Source: Octopus vulgaris | Taxonomy: Eukaryota | Reading direction: 5' to 3' | Length of the DNA: 64,000 nt | Assembly: GCA_951406725.2 (NCBI GenBank) | Contig: OX597826.1 | Span: 1,488,001-1,552,000, forward strand | Shown here: one piece after another, positions 50,320-62,527 of the stretch | Layout: each line of letters starts with the position of its first letter | Position numbering within the stretch: the stretch's first letter is position 1 | The notes under the pieces: generated by a model | The model's database searches: none | The model's input: only the letters and a program-made list of their open reading frames with translations | What the model was told of the DNA's origin: nothing | Position numbers and translations under genes: made by a program

Positions 50320-50740
50320 TTCCATGCAAGTGGCACTTAAAAGGCACCATTCGAGCGTGGTTGCAGCGTTGCCTTAAAGAGCACCATCCGAGCGTGATTG
50401 TTGCCAGAGCGGCTATCTGGCCTCCGTGCTGGTGGCACGTAAAAGACACCATTTGAGCGTGATCATTACCAGCATCACCTTATTGGCACCTGTGCCGGTG
50501 GCATGTGTAGAAGATTTGAGTGAGGTCGTTGCCAGTACCGCCTGACTGGCCCCGTGCTGGTGGCACGTAAAAGCACCCACTACACTCTCGGAGTGGTTGG
50601 CGTTAGGAAGGGCATCCAGCTGTAGAAACTCTGCCAGATCAAGATTGAAGCCATCTGGTGCAGGCATCTGGTTCGCCAGCCCCTAGTCAAAATCGTCCAG
50701 CCCATGCTAGCATGGAAAGCGGACGTTAAATGATAATGAA
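50320..50740 (+). mobile_element. SINE-like retroposon family B (GGAAGGGCATCC motif, internal ~55-60-bp tandem modules, (GAT)n tail); representative copy
   Basis: ggagtggttggcgttaggaagggcatccagctgtagaaac...cccatgctagcatggaaagcggacgttaaatgat. Other copies (approximate): 2505-2880(-), 7606-7820(-), 11036-11400(-), 14500-15195(+, interrupted), 16360-16720(+), 17215-17315(+), 20188-20500(-), 46192-46335(+), 51460-51715(-), 58438-58730(-), 60752-60902(+). Confidence 0.85.
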
Positions 50741-50965
50741 TATATATGTATGTATTTTGCCTATAATATTGGTGTTAGTAGTATAATGTACTGAAGTGGG
50801 CAGTGGTGGTGGAGGATATAAATATACAAACAGAAGGAGCGAGAGAGTCAGTTCTGCTACTTGTCTCTTCAGCTTATCAGTTTCATGTTAGTCATGCTCC
50901 ATTTCTACCCAGTAATTTCTGAAACTCTCTGACAATAAGAAACCTTTAAAATCAAGCTAGTTTAG

Positions 50966-51008
<43 letters not shown>

Positions 51009-51201
51009 CATGTGTGTGTGTGTGCGTGGGTGTGTATGCGACAATCCCTTGTATTCATGTGTGGTGTAACCGATGCTAAGGCAGCAGTAATTCATAAGCA
51101 ATATCTATCTACCTTATCTATCCATTTGATCTATCTATCTAGGCAGGTAGGTAGCTAGGTAACAAATATAAAAGGCAGCATTCTACATTCACATACATAT
51201 A

Positions 51202-51412
51202 CAAGCAGGTAATGAAAAGTTTGTGGCTTTAGGTAAAAGAAAATACAGGAGGATCATTTAATTATGATTTTATTCAACATATTCCCCTCCTCTCATATTC
51301 ACACACTTATTGCAGTGGGCCTTCAGTTTTTCTAAGTCCTGTAAAAGAACTCCAAAGACGGGACCTGCAACCAGGCTTTTCTCGATACTTTTAAAGCTCA
51401 GCACCACCTCTT
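51202..51412. mobile_element. Mariner-type MITE, same family (right TIR partly deleted)
   Basis: The internal sequence is collinear with 17694-17898. Confidence 0.7.
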
Positions 51413-52157
51413 ATATATACCTTATAAAGTGATGGGTAGATTCTCACAAGTGTAAAATATCATCATCATCATCATCGTTTTAACATCCGCTTTCCATGCT
51501 AGCATGGGTTGGACGATTTAACTGAGGACTGGTGAACAAGACGGCTGCACCAGCCTCCAATTTTGATCTGGCAGAGTTTCTACAGCTGGATGCCCTTCCT
51601 AATGCCAACCACTCCAAGAGTGTAGTGGGTGCTTTTATGTGCCACCGGCACAAGGGCCAGTCAGGTGTTACTGGCAATGACCTCGCTCGAATGGTGTTTT
51701 TTTTATGTGGTACTCAATGATGCAGGCTTAGCTGTGTGGTAAAAAGCTTGCTTCCCAACTACATGGTTCTGGGTTCAGTCCCACTGCGTGGCATCTTGGA
51801 CAAGTGTCTTCTACTATAGCCTCAAGCCAACCAAAGCCTTGTGAGTGGGTTTGGTAGATGGAAACTGAAAGAAGCTCATTGTGTGTGTGTGTATGCATGT
51901 GGCTTAGTGGTTAGGGTGTTGGACTCATGATCATAAGATTGTGATTTCAATTCCTGGACCAGGCGACATGTGTTCTTGAGCAAAACACTTCATTTTTGTT
52001 GTTGTTCCAGTCCACTCAGCTGGCAGAAATGAGTAATCCCGTGACTGATTGGTGTCCCATCCAGGTAAGGAATATACATCCCATTGAAATTAGGAAACTG
52101 GTCTTTATGAGCCTGGCATGGCTTGAGAAGGAAACATTTTATTTTATATATATATAT

Positions 52158-52465
52158 AAAGGTACATGGCTCAGTGGTTAGAATATCAGGCTCACAATCA
52201 TGAAGTAGTGAGTTTGAAAACTGGACCGGGCTGCATATTGTGTTCTTGAGCAAGACACTTTATTTCACATTGCTCCAGTTCACTCAGCTGTAGAAATGAG
52301 TTGCAACATCACAGGTGCCAAGCTGTATTGGCCCCTTTGCCTCTCCCTTGGATAACACTGGTGGTGTGGAGAGGGGAGGCTGGTATGCATGGGCGACTGC
52401 TGGTCTTCCATAAACAAATTTGCCTGGATTTGTACCTTGGAGAGGAAATTTCTAGGTGTACAAAA
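52158..52465 (+). mobile_element. tRNA-derived SINE family F
   Basis: tggctcagtggttaga...gagtttga...ttcttgagcaagacactttatttcac...ctaggtgtac plus an A tail. Confidence 0.8.
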
Positions 52466-53144
52466 AAAAAAAATGCAACAGTGCATGCTCAAAATTGGTC
52501 AGCTTTAGGAATGGCACTGAGCCATCGAAACTATACCAAAGCAGACACAGCAGCATCTATGGAACACAAGACATTAAATGACGATGCTGTTGAGATACAA
52601 ATTTTAAAAATGAAGGAAATCTTGAATGCAGGAGAATAGCTTAGAGGATAGAGTAAAATGCCCTTATAGGCAGGAAAAAAAAGGGGTCAGCACCCTGCTA
52701 CAAAGAATGAAACTCATTTCCAGCTCAGAACTCTGTACCGTTGAGCTAAACGACCCCTGACAACAGATCCTATCTTTTATAAAGATAAATAATAGCTTTT
52801 GCAATGTGAGAACATTTTTGTAGACAAACAGTGGAGCATTGATTGAGTTGGTGTTTTAGGAATGAAGGAAATCTTGGATGCAACGGAATAATAACAGTGA
52901 AAACAGCTTCGATGATTGGGTAAAATACCTTTATAAACAGAAAAAAGTAGCCAGCAAGTCATATATATATATACACACACACACATATACATATATAAAT
53001 GTGTATTAAGGCTATCATTGGTTTCATGTTAAGAAAACTATCTTAATATCTTAACAATTCTTCAAGCCAATCACATGGAGGAATACATATATACATATAT
53101 ATGTGTATATTTTTAGGAACTTGATTGTTGTGGCCAGTCAGAGA

Positions 53145-53204
53145 GAGAGACCACTGGTTTCGCACCTGTAAATCACTTAACTGCATATGCGACTCATCAG
53201 ACCC
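53145..53204 (-). ncRNA. Degenerate hammerhead-like motif
   Basis: Minus strand reads GGGT-CTGATGA-gtc-GCA...(imperfect long stem)...TGC-GAAA-CCAGTGG-TC. Stem I is poor. Confidence 0.4.
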
Positions 53205-54967
53205 AAATGGCCAAAAGCAGATAACCCCTCTGTAGAGACACTAATGGTCACTCTCTGAATGATCATAACAATCAATTTTCTTGCGCTATGAAACATATTT
53301 AGCCCAGATCTTGTCTAGTCCATTCCTTAACTCTTATATATATATATATAATACAAAATGGGACAAGAACGCAAAATATCCAGACAGTTAGGTGATGCAA
53401 AAAAGGGACAACAAAACATCCAGGTAGACGATACAAAGAAAACAAGGATGGGTCATTCGAAGTTTTCTTTCCTCAGTCAAGCACCAGATTATTCTCGCAA
53501 TTTCGGCTGATTATTCTTGAGATTGCTCCAATCTGGCCAGCCCCAAGGAAAAACTAAGCTAAGAGTATTAGATTCCTTGGAAGAAAGCAGTGAATGTATA
53601 CAAAAGCAAGGACGAAAAAAACGGACAAAGTTACACAAATATAAAAGTCTATGGGGTATGCCACTGAAAAACCCGATGCATTTCATTGCCAACATATGCC
53701 ACGTAGGTGTACTCTCACCATTTTAAACTGACACCATACATCAATGTGATTAGTTCTGACTTTAGTCCTCTAATATCTCAAATATCCTCTGTTCCTATTG
53801 CATCTTGACATACCATACTGCTCAAGATATTGAGTTATTGATAACAGAGAGAAACATGGGCACTTGGTGCACACATGACACAGCCACTGGTTACAATGTC
53901 TTGACATTCCACAAAAACAGAGTAATTGATGATAAAAGGGGGGAAAAGACATGTGCACTTGGTACACACTTGATGTTGTCTGTTCCTCGCTTGCTGCTTT
54001 CATTCCTTGTGTGTCAATGCAGCCACATAACTTCTCTGACTTGTGTAAAATGTCAGACACAAGCCACATTGTCAAAGATGACACAGAAGGTCAGAAGTAA
54101 TATAATAATATAACTGTACAGTAAGTTTCTATCTATCTGTCTTGTCTGTAGAATGTGTGCATGCACACACACACATATACAATATATGTATGCATGTATA
54201 TATATATGTAGGCTTATAGGAAAATACCTCTACGTAATGTTATGCATGCTAAATATAGATGTTGTAGAATCTCAGGTATTTAATATAGTGGAGCAGTAAA
54301 ACTTCAAGTAACTGACATTATCTTTGCAATGAGAAGACAGAAACTCCCTTCAGGAGCATGTTTAAAATTCTTATAGCTACAAGTTAGGGAGATAACTGTC
54401 ATGATATCAGCTAATTCAGATTTTAAGAAAAACAAATTAACGATAGGAGATGAATTTCCAGCCGGTTGGTTGGCTGGTTGGTTGGTTGTCATATATTTTA
54501 TCCACTCCGACAAGCCAGCCATGGTTTTGCTTCTTTGGTACATTTACCATTAACTGTGTCAAAAGTCAAACAGCCAACCAACCATTCTAACTGGGACAGC
54601 TTTTTTTTTCCTCTTTTACCTGTCACTATTTCAGGTGAACTGTGGGCATATCTAATGAAATCTCACAATAGTCAGCGAGTCTCTGGTTGCATCCAAATAT
54701 ATTTTGTGTGTGTGTGTGTGTATGTCTACATATGTGTACATAGATGTATGTGTATATGTGTGGATGTGTAAATATATATATATGTAAGTGTATATATGGA
54801 TATGCATGTGTGTATGTATGAATGTTTGTATTTATACACCCCTCAAAACATTTGTGTGTGTGTACACACACATATATATATATATATATACACACACACA
54901 TATATATACACACGCACACACAGATATATAGATACACATATATATACAAACACATATATATACACAC

Positions 54968-55000
<33 letters not shown>

Positions 55001-55591
55001 TATGTGTATGTATGTATGAATATGTGTGTATATATAATACACACACATCATTGTAGTTATTGTTCTGCCTGCCCATGCTGACGGAGCACCCGACAGGCCA
55101 TTATAGACCGAGACAACAACTGTTCAGAGCTGCCCCCCTGAACTAGTTTAGTGGACTACATCTCAGTTCTAAGTTCCTTAAATCACAAGGTTTATGTTGA
55201 TAACATACCAAGTATTCATTACCACAAACATGGATCCCTGTTTGATATTCGTCACTCCCAGTCACTCCCACACACCACGAAAAGAACAGCTAAGTCTCCT
55301 GTAACACCAATTACAATGGCCACACCTTACTCCTGTAGATTTAGTACATTTCAACAAGTGATTCTTTGGTGTCATTCGTTTTCAGGCTGGCACCAACAAT
55401 ATCTGCTGTTCAAATGAGAACAACATGTTCTTATTTCATCATAGTTTCCACATTTTTGGTGGTTTTAATCTTTTCCTTTCAGCACTCAATCAAATTATTA
55501 TTAGTTTTTTTTTTCATAGTTGATATATTGGTGGAATAATCTACCTTGTTCTGGTTTAATGGATCCAAAATTTCTTTTAAATCATATTCGT

Positions 55592-55870
55592 TTAATCCAT
55601 TAACATTCAGATTATTTGTTTAATCCATTAACATTCAGATTATTTGTTTAATCCATTAACATTCAGGATATTCAATCAAATTTAATATTTATTCAGATTG
55701 TTTTGAAATAATCATGCATTATCTCATAGTTTTGAGATTTTCAATGTATGATTGTATATTTTTAGAATGATATCGTGGGGTAGGTGAGAGGGGTCAGATG
55801 CGGTCAATTTGAATGCAAAACAGGTAGAACATCTAGGCCGGTTACAGCTAGTTTAAATGTTAAATGGTTA
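55592..55870 (+). mobile_element. TTAA-type (piggyBac-like) MITE with triplicated left end
   Basis: The 28-bp unit tttaatccattaacattcagattatttg occurs 3 times (third partial). Right end aatgttaaatggttaa; the body is homologous to 10126-10346. Confidence 0.7.
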
Positions 55871-55944
55871 AGTATTCATTATTGCAGGTGAGTTTTATGA
55901 AATATCCCAGCCCACTGGCATCAACATTGCAAAACATTTCATCA

Positions 55945-56545
55945 TTTTTGTAAATAATCGCCACAGACTTCCTTACAGCAAAATCATTATATTGACCGAT
56001 GTATAAAGGGTTATTACATCCAAGTTACCTATAATGTAATTTGTTAAGTTATTGGAGTGGTTGCTGCCATTGATTTTGCTGAAGTGTTCCATGTTGTTAC
56101 TAACATCTATAGACATTTCGGTTAGTGATTGTATGGCCATTGCGAGGAGCTACAACAGCCAATAGTTGCTGGAGATATTGGCTCCACAGACTGACCTGGC
56201 TTCAGGCTCTAGCAATGAGATCAGAGGTAGGTATGTAATTTTTCTGAAGTCCACACAATGCAGATGCATTATTTTGGGTGGCTTGAAGTCGTTCCTAGTC
56301 CGATTTCTTTGAGTGGAAGATGTTATGCTTGTAGCCTTGTTAATCACTGATTCATTCATCACTGCTCTGGAAAAATATGGTACGTTCAATTGTGAACCAA
56401 GTTCACTTAACAGGGATTGATCTGTGATGATGTGGGTAAGTGGTCAGTGGAAGATTCTGCTTGGACTACATAACATTGTACCAGCAACTACTCACAACGC
56501 TCACTCAGCTACCCAGGATGTACTGACCACTGCTTGCGTTTATAT
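55945..56545 (+). mobile_element. Possible ancient LINE (CR1/L2-like) RT relic
   Basis: Degenerate but correctly ordered motifs: AAIDFAEVFHVV (cf. LDFSKAFDKV), WLQA..QR, VVPSPIS (cf. SVLGPIL), CLDYITLY (cf. YADDTTLY). Confidence 0.35.
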
Positions 56546-56561
56546 GACTGTGCTGCAAGGC

Positions 56562-56721
56562 TCTTTTACTCTTTTACTTATTTCAGTCATTTGACTGTGG
56601 CCATGCCGGAGCCACACCTTTAATTGAGCAAATCGATCCCAGGACTTATTCTTTGTAAGCCTAGTACTTATTCTATTGGTTTCTTTTGCCGAACTGCTAA
56701 GTTATGGGGACATAAACACAG

Positions 56722-56774
<53 letters not shown>

Positions 56775-56932
56775 GCTTCTTTCAGTTTCTGTCTACCAAA
56801 TCCACTCACAAGGCTTTGGTTGGCTCGAGGCTATAGTAGAAGACACTTGCCCAAAGTGCTACGCAGTGGGACTGAACCTGGAACTATGTGGTTGGTAAGC
56901 AAGGTACTTACCACACAGCCACTCCTACACCT
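56562..56932 (-). mobile_element. SINE family A
   Basis: Reverse copy. Confidence 0.85.
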
Positions 56933-57974
56933 TTATGTATATTTTTATACTGATTTTTAGCCCATAACAACATGGGACAAGTGAACAGAAAAATTATGAA
57001 GGTGCTTGATCCTAACAAATGATGCAAACAGGTGTGTTCTTTACAGGAAAGGGTAGAGATGATTTTATATCCTGGTGTTTAACAAAGTGGGGGGGAAAAG
57101 AAAATATTCACACAACACAATGCGATTACTGTTACATGAGGTTAACCGCTCTCTGCTAATGGCTCACAATGAACTGCTTTCCAACTGCTCACAGTGCTCT
57201 ATTTTATAGCAATGTGTCAGTCCACTTTTAGTCCCTTGGAGGTGGTTGGAATACTTTCACAACAGATGATCAAGAAAATATGCAATGGTAGAAGCTTCAT
57301 TGCTGTGGGCCCCAAGTTTGGTGTCAATAATTCTGGCATTCATTTCATTTACAAAGAATATGAAGATGATTTATATATATCACTGTGAATTTTTTGGAAC
57401 CAGTGAAAGCCCATGGCTTAGGGGTTTTGGCGTTTGGCTCACGACCGTGAGGGCAGGAGTTTGATTCCTTGACATCATTCGATGGTTGTAAATAAGCATT
57501 GTCCATTTCCAGTTGTCTGTGTAAAGGATGTCAGGTTATGAGGAAATATTACCTTGGAAACAGGTGAGCAACAGGAAAGGCATCCAGCAATAGACAATCT
57601 GCTTGAACAATCCCATTCATGCAAGCATGAATAAGTGACCATTAAGAACATTAAACAATGATGATGATGTAGCAAGAATTTAAAGAGTAATTTGTATCAC
57701 TGTTGCCAATGAGGATTGGGGGTTAGAATTAGAACTTAGACCAAAAATTTTGATAGCATTATCAGTAATTCACAGGAAGTCATTATTTTTATTATTTCTA
57801 AATAATTAGCATAGAATTGTTTTTTTTATGTTTTCAATTTCAGATATACAATCAATATTAATGTCTTTCAAAAATGCGGTGAAACTCAATCGTAATTTGA
57901 GAACAGATGTTTCATTTGTATTTTGTTATATTGCACCATATGCTCTGGTGGTATTGTCTGTTTGTATATCTAAC

Positions 57975-58165
57975 CTTTGTGCGTATGTGTGTGATTGTGT
58001 GTGTATGTGTGTGATTGTGTGCGCATGTGTGTCATTGTGTGTGTATGTGTGTGAGTGTGTGCGCATGTGTGTGATTGTGTCTGTGTACATGTATGTGTGT
58101 GTATACATGTATGTGTGAGTGTGTGTGTATGTGTGTGCACATGTGTGAGAGTGTATATGTGTGTA

Positions 58166-58200
<35 letters not shown>
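57975..58200. repeat. Degenerate (GT)n satellite
   Basis: Direct inspection. Similar low-complexity tracts lie at about 13830-14140, 35720-36175, 54705-55050 and 62420-63260. Confidence 0.95.
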
Positions 58201-58202
<2 letters not shown>

Positions 58203-58980
58203 AAATTGTAATGTGGCATGCTGTCTGTCACAACAGTTCCCTCATGGCAGCCAGGGATCTTTGTTACTCCCCAGTTAATTGGTTTTGTTACAATTGGTGC
58301 TGGTTCATCCATTTTATGTGTGAGCATGTGTGAATACATGTGAGTGTGTGCGTATGTACATACAAGTATGTGTGAGTATGTACATAATCACACACACTCC
58401 ATTTTAATAAATTTGTTGAAGTGCAAATATATATATCTCATCATTTAATGTCCATTTTCCATGCTGACGTGGGTTGGTCAGCTTGACAGGAACAGGCATG
58501 GTCAGGGGCCTCACGAGGTTCCATAGTCTGTCTTAGTTTGGTTTCCATGGCTGGATGCCCTTCCTAATGTCAACCGCTCCACAGAATGTACTGGGTGCCT
58601 TTTTGCGGCACCATAAACAGTGTCTTTTAAATGGCACCAGCACCCACACTAGTGCTTTTTACATGGCACCTTGGTTTTAGGATCTCAGTTCTGTTGTGGT
58701 GGGCATGTCTTCTCAAGTATAGCTATGCACCACACACACATATACATACATACATACTACTACTATTTACTATTTAGTGTACTTTATTGATTTCTAGAAT
58801 AAGGTTTTTATAGTTTGTTTTCTATATTTGGTGTAAATAACATCTTTCATTATTGAATTGTTTCATAGAGATTTTTCTCTAAATTATATACTTATATTAT
58901 ATATTGTGAAATTTGATTTCAAATTGTTAAATTGAATTTTTCCTTGTAAGTTTTGGAATTATATTTCCTACTATCATCAT

Positions 58981-59014
<34 letters not shown>

Positions 59015-59056
59015 TCAATCCATACTTTAATACACCATTACATATGAGTAATACAT

Positions 59057-59088
<32 letters not shown>

Positions 59089-59094
<6 letters not shown>

Positions 59095-60177
59095 GCAGAC
59101 GGTATTTGAAGGCACATGCATTTTTAGTCATTATTTTGGCTTCTATTTCAGAAAACAACAACGACGGGCCATATGCTTACTAATGAAATGAAAAGGAATG
59201 CTGTGATTGTGGCTTTGAAGGTTAAACATGGGGATTTAGAAATTTTTCATTTTCTGAGAGTTGCAAGATCTTTTGTCCACAAGATTCAGTGTGGCTTAGA
59301 TAAAGAAGATGGAAGCATATTACCTGTATCAAAACATAAAAACAGTCCAAATGCTCTGATTCTATCAGGACACCTGAATTTATTCAGGAAGTTAAGCAAA
59401 ACAGTGAAGAGAATCCAGGAAAATCAATGAAGTCAATTGGGAAAAAGTTTTGTGTATCAGAAAAAACAATCAGAAATGTTGTGCATCAAAATACAAATCT
59501 TATTTGATGAGGAGAAGTCAATTCTTGTCCAAAAAAAACAAAAACAAAAGAAAACCGTTTAATCAGATCCAAGATACTTTTGAACAAACTTAAAAATCCA
59601 CCAGAAAATGGTACGATTTGGTTTTTCTCAGATGAGAAAAACTTTGTCCAGGACCAGAAAACTAGAAGAAGAATGTGCAGACCCTTCTGAGATTCCAAGA
59701 GTAATGCACACACAATTTCCTGCAAGTGTTTGGGGGGTTGTTAGCAATGAAGGACATGTGATGCCTCCTCATTTTTTCCACAAGGCCTTAGGGTGATGTT
59801 GCTGTGTATATTGAGGTTCTGGATAAAGTTGTTAAGCCTTGGATCAACAGTGTATGCAATGAAAGGCGTGATGTCTTTCAACAGGATTCTGCACCATCAC
59901 ACAAAGCTCAAATGACAAGAATGGAGGGCCAACAATTTGCATTATCACATCACCCACCCAACATTTGGCCTCCTACTTCTCCAGATCTTAATCCACTGGA
60001 CTACTATGTATGGAACTTCGTTGATAAAAATGTCAATGAACAACCCCATAGCACCAAAGATTCTTTGAAAGATGCCATAATTTGAGTCATGTTGGATATG
60101 AACAAGGACCACTTAATCCAAGTGTGTAAACGATTTTGACCCAGTGTAGAGGCAGTTATTGATGTTTATGGTGATTT
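59089..60177 (+). mobile_element. Tc1/mariner-superfamily DD37D (maT-type) transposon relic, frameshifted, right end replaced by a SINE
   Basis: Starts TA-(T)AGGGTG in (TA)n. Reads MKRNAVIVAL..., FFSDEKNF, VWGVVSNEGHVMPPHFF, YIEVLDKVVKPWI, FQQDSAPSH...SPDLNPLDYYVW, with 37 residues between the last two Asp. Confidence 0.88.
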
Positions 60178-60750
60178 TCATCATCATCGTTTAAAGTCCG
60201 TTTTTCCATGCTGGCATGGGTTGGACAGTTTGACTGAGGTCTGGAGAACCAGCGGCTGCACCAGGCTCCAGTCTGATCTGGCAATGTTTCTGCAGCTGGA
60301 TGCCCTTCCCAATGCCAACCACACCAAGAGTGTAGTGGATAATTTTTATGTGCCACTGGCAGAGGAGCCAGTCAGGTGGGCCTGGCATCGATCATATTCA
60401 GATAGTGCTTTTTATGTGCCGCCGGCACAGGGCCAGTCAGGGGGTACTGGCATTGGCCACGTTTGGTAGGTGCTTTTTACATGTCACCAGCGTGGGAGCC
60501 AGTCAGGCAGAATAGGCATCAACCACATTCGGATGGTGCTTTTTACATGTCACCAGTACGGGAGCCAATCAGCAGGTACTGGCAACAGCTACAATATTGG
60601 TTTTACTTGACTCAACAGGTTTTCTGAAGCAAATGTCACACGATGCATCAGGGTTCTCTTAACTGGGCTGGACATTCGTATATGTGATCTCACTTTAGTT
60701 GCTGGGTCTTCTCAATCACAGCATATCTCAAAAGGTCTCAGTCTTCCATC
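60178..60750 (-). mobile_element. Family B retroposon with four ~63-bp internal modules
   Basis: Repeated gtgctttttacatgtcacc...gccagtcagg...tggcat units at 60340-60600. Confidence 0.85.
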
Positions 60751-60902
60751 ATAGGAAGGGCATCCAGCAGTAGAAACATTGCCAGATCAGACTGAAACCT
60801 GGTGCAGGCTTCTGGCTCGCCAGCCCTCAGTCAAACTGTCCAACCTATGCCAGCATGGAAAGAGGACGTTAAACAACGACAACGATGATGATGATGATGA
60901 TG

Positions 60903-61139
60903 ATATTCTGTTGTGTCTGGGGAGAGTAATTTTCTTTTTGTGCTTTATAATTTAACATCCTCACCGGTAAAATTTTTATTTTCCTAAAATAAAACTTATT
61001 CCTTATTTTTATTTTCCTAAAATTTTCATTGTGTCTTTTAGGAAAATAAAAATAAGGAATAAGTGGAAATTTTACCTGTGAGTGTGTTAAATTATAAGGC
61101 ACGAAAAGAAAGTGACTCTCCTCAGACACAACAGATTAT
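60903..61139. repeat. About 235-bp foldback (near-perfect inverted repeat)
   Basis: Left arm atattctgttgtgtctggggagagt...ttcctaaaa mirrors right arm ttttaggaaaataaaaataagg...actctcctcagacacaacagattat. Confidence 0.9.
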
Positions 61140-61440
61140 GCTTCAACACACAAACTCACATAAAGAATCTTGCAAACCAAATCCAAAACTGAAATATAAC
61201 ATAATTATTTAAAAAAACTAACAAAACCAACAATTTGTTTTGACTTATATACATTTTTTGATATATAAACAATTCAATTCCTTTATGAGAGCTACAGATA
61301 TGAGTGCATGGGTCAAAAGTCTGTTTCCCTACTACAGGGGGTCGAGTTCAGTTCCACTGTATGCCACTTTGGGCAAATGTCTTCTACTATAGCCCTGGTC
61401 AGACTGGAGCCTTGTGAATGAATTTGAACGACAGAAACTA

Positions 61441-61795
61441 AGTGGCTGTGTGGTAAGTAGATTGCTTACAACCACAGGGTTCTGAGTTCAGTCCCACTGT
61501 GTAGCACCTTGGGCAAGTGTCTTCTATTGTAGCCTTGGGCTGACCAAATCCTTGTGAGTGGATTTGGTAGACAGAAACTGAAAGAAGCCTGTCATATATG
61601 TGTGTGTGTGTTTGTCCTCCCACCATCACTTGACAACCAATGTTGGTGTTTGTCCCCATAACTTAGCGGTTTGGCAAAAGATACTGACAGAATAAGTACT
61701 AGGCTTACAAAGAATAAGACCTGGGGTCGATTTGTTTGACTAAAGGTAGTGCTCCAGCATGGCCGCAGTCAAATGACTGAAACGAATAAAAGAAC
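61441..61795 (+). mobile_element. SINE family A
   Basis: Forward copy, immediately preceded by a 5' fragment of the same family. Confidence 0.85.
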
Positions 61796-62430
61796 ATATA
61801 TATATATATATATACACACATACACACGTATGCACACATGTATATGTGTATGTTTGTGTCTCCTTGTCTTGACATTGTTTGGTGATTGTAAATGAGTATC
61901 ACTGTCATACAAGCAGTGTCAGTCATTTCCAATGTTTTCAGTGAAGATCATGTTTGGAGATAGAGAAATGCTACTTTACTTGGAAATGGGTAAAAGTTAG
62001 TGATAGGAAGAGCATCCATCTGCTTCCAAACACTGTCCGACCAACTCAAGCATGGAAAAATATATGTTAAAACAACCATGATGATCTTTTTTTCTATTTT
62101 ATGTTAGTAAACAAAAAAGACATGGTGTAGGGTCAAGAGGACCCTTTTATCTTGCTGAGGACATGACAACCTCTTTGGTGCCAGTGCCATCATAGAGATG
62201 CTTCCAGTATATTCTTTGCAGTGGTTGGTGATAGGAAGAGTGCCTAATGGTATAAGTCCAATCAAACATGTCATGCTTGAGCAATATTCAGTCCTCTGAT
62301 TGGTTAAAGAGAGCAGGAACTCTGAATCCGAATTGACACACAGTATAACGATCAGGATAACCCATGCCAGTCCAAAAAGCAGACACATGAGGATTATGAT
62401 GATATATGTGCGTGCACACATACACACACA

Positions 62431-62487
<57 letters not shown>

Positions 62488-62527
62488 AGTCTTATAAAAA
62501 TAATGATAAATATATTATATAAATATA

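Noticed and set aside
53770-54113. Cys-rich short ORFs
   Set aside because: No coherent domain pattern; possibly a decayed transposon piece but not supportable.
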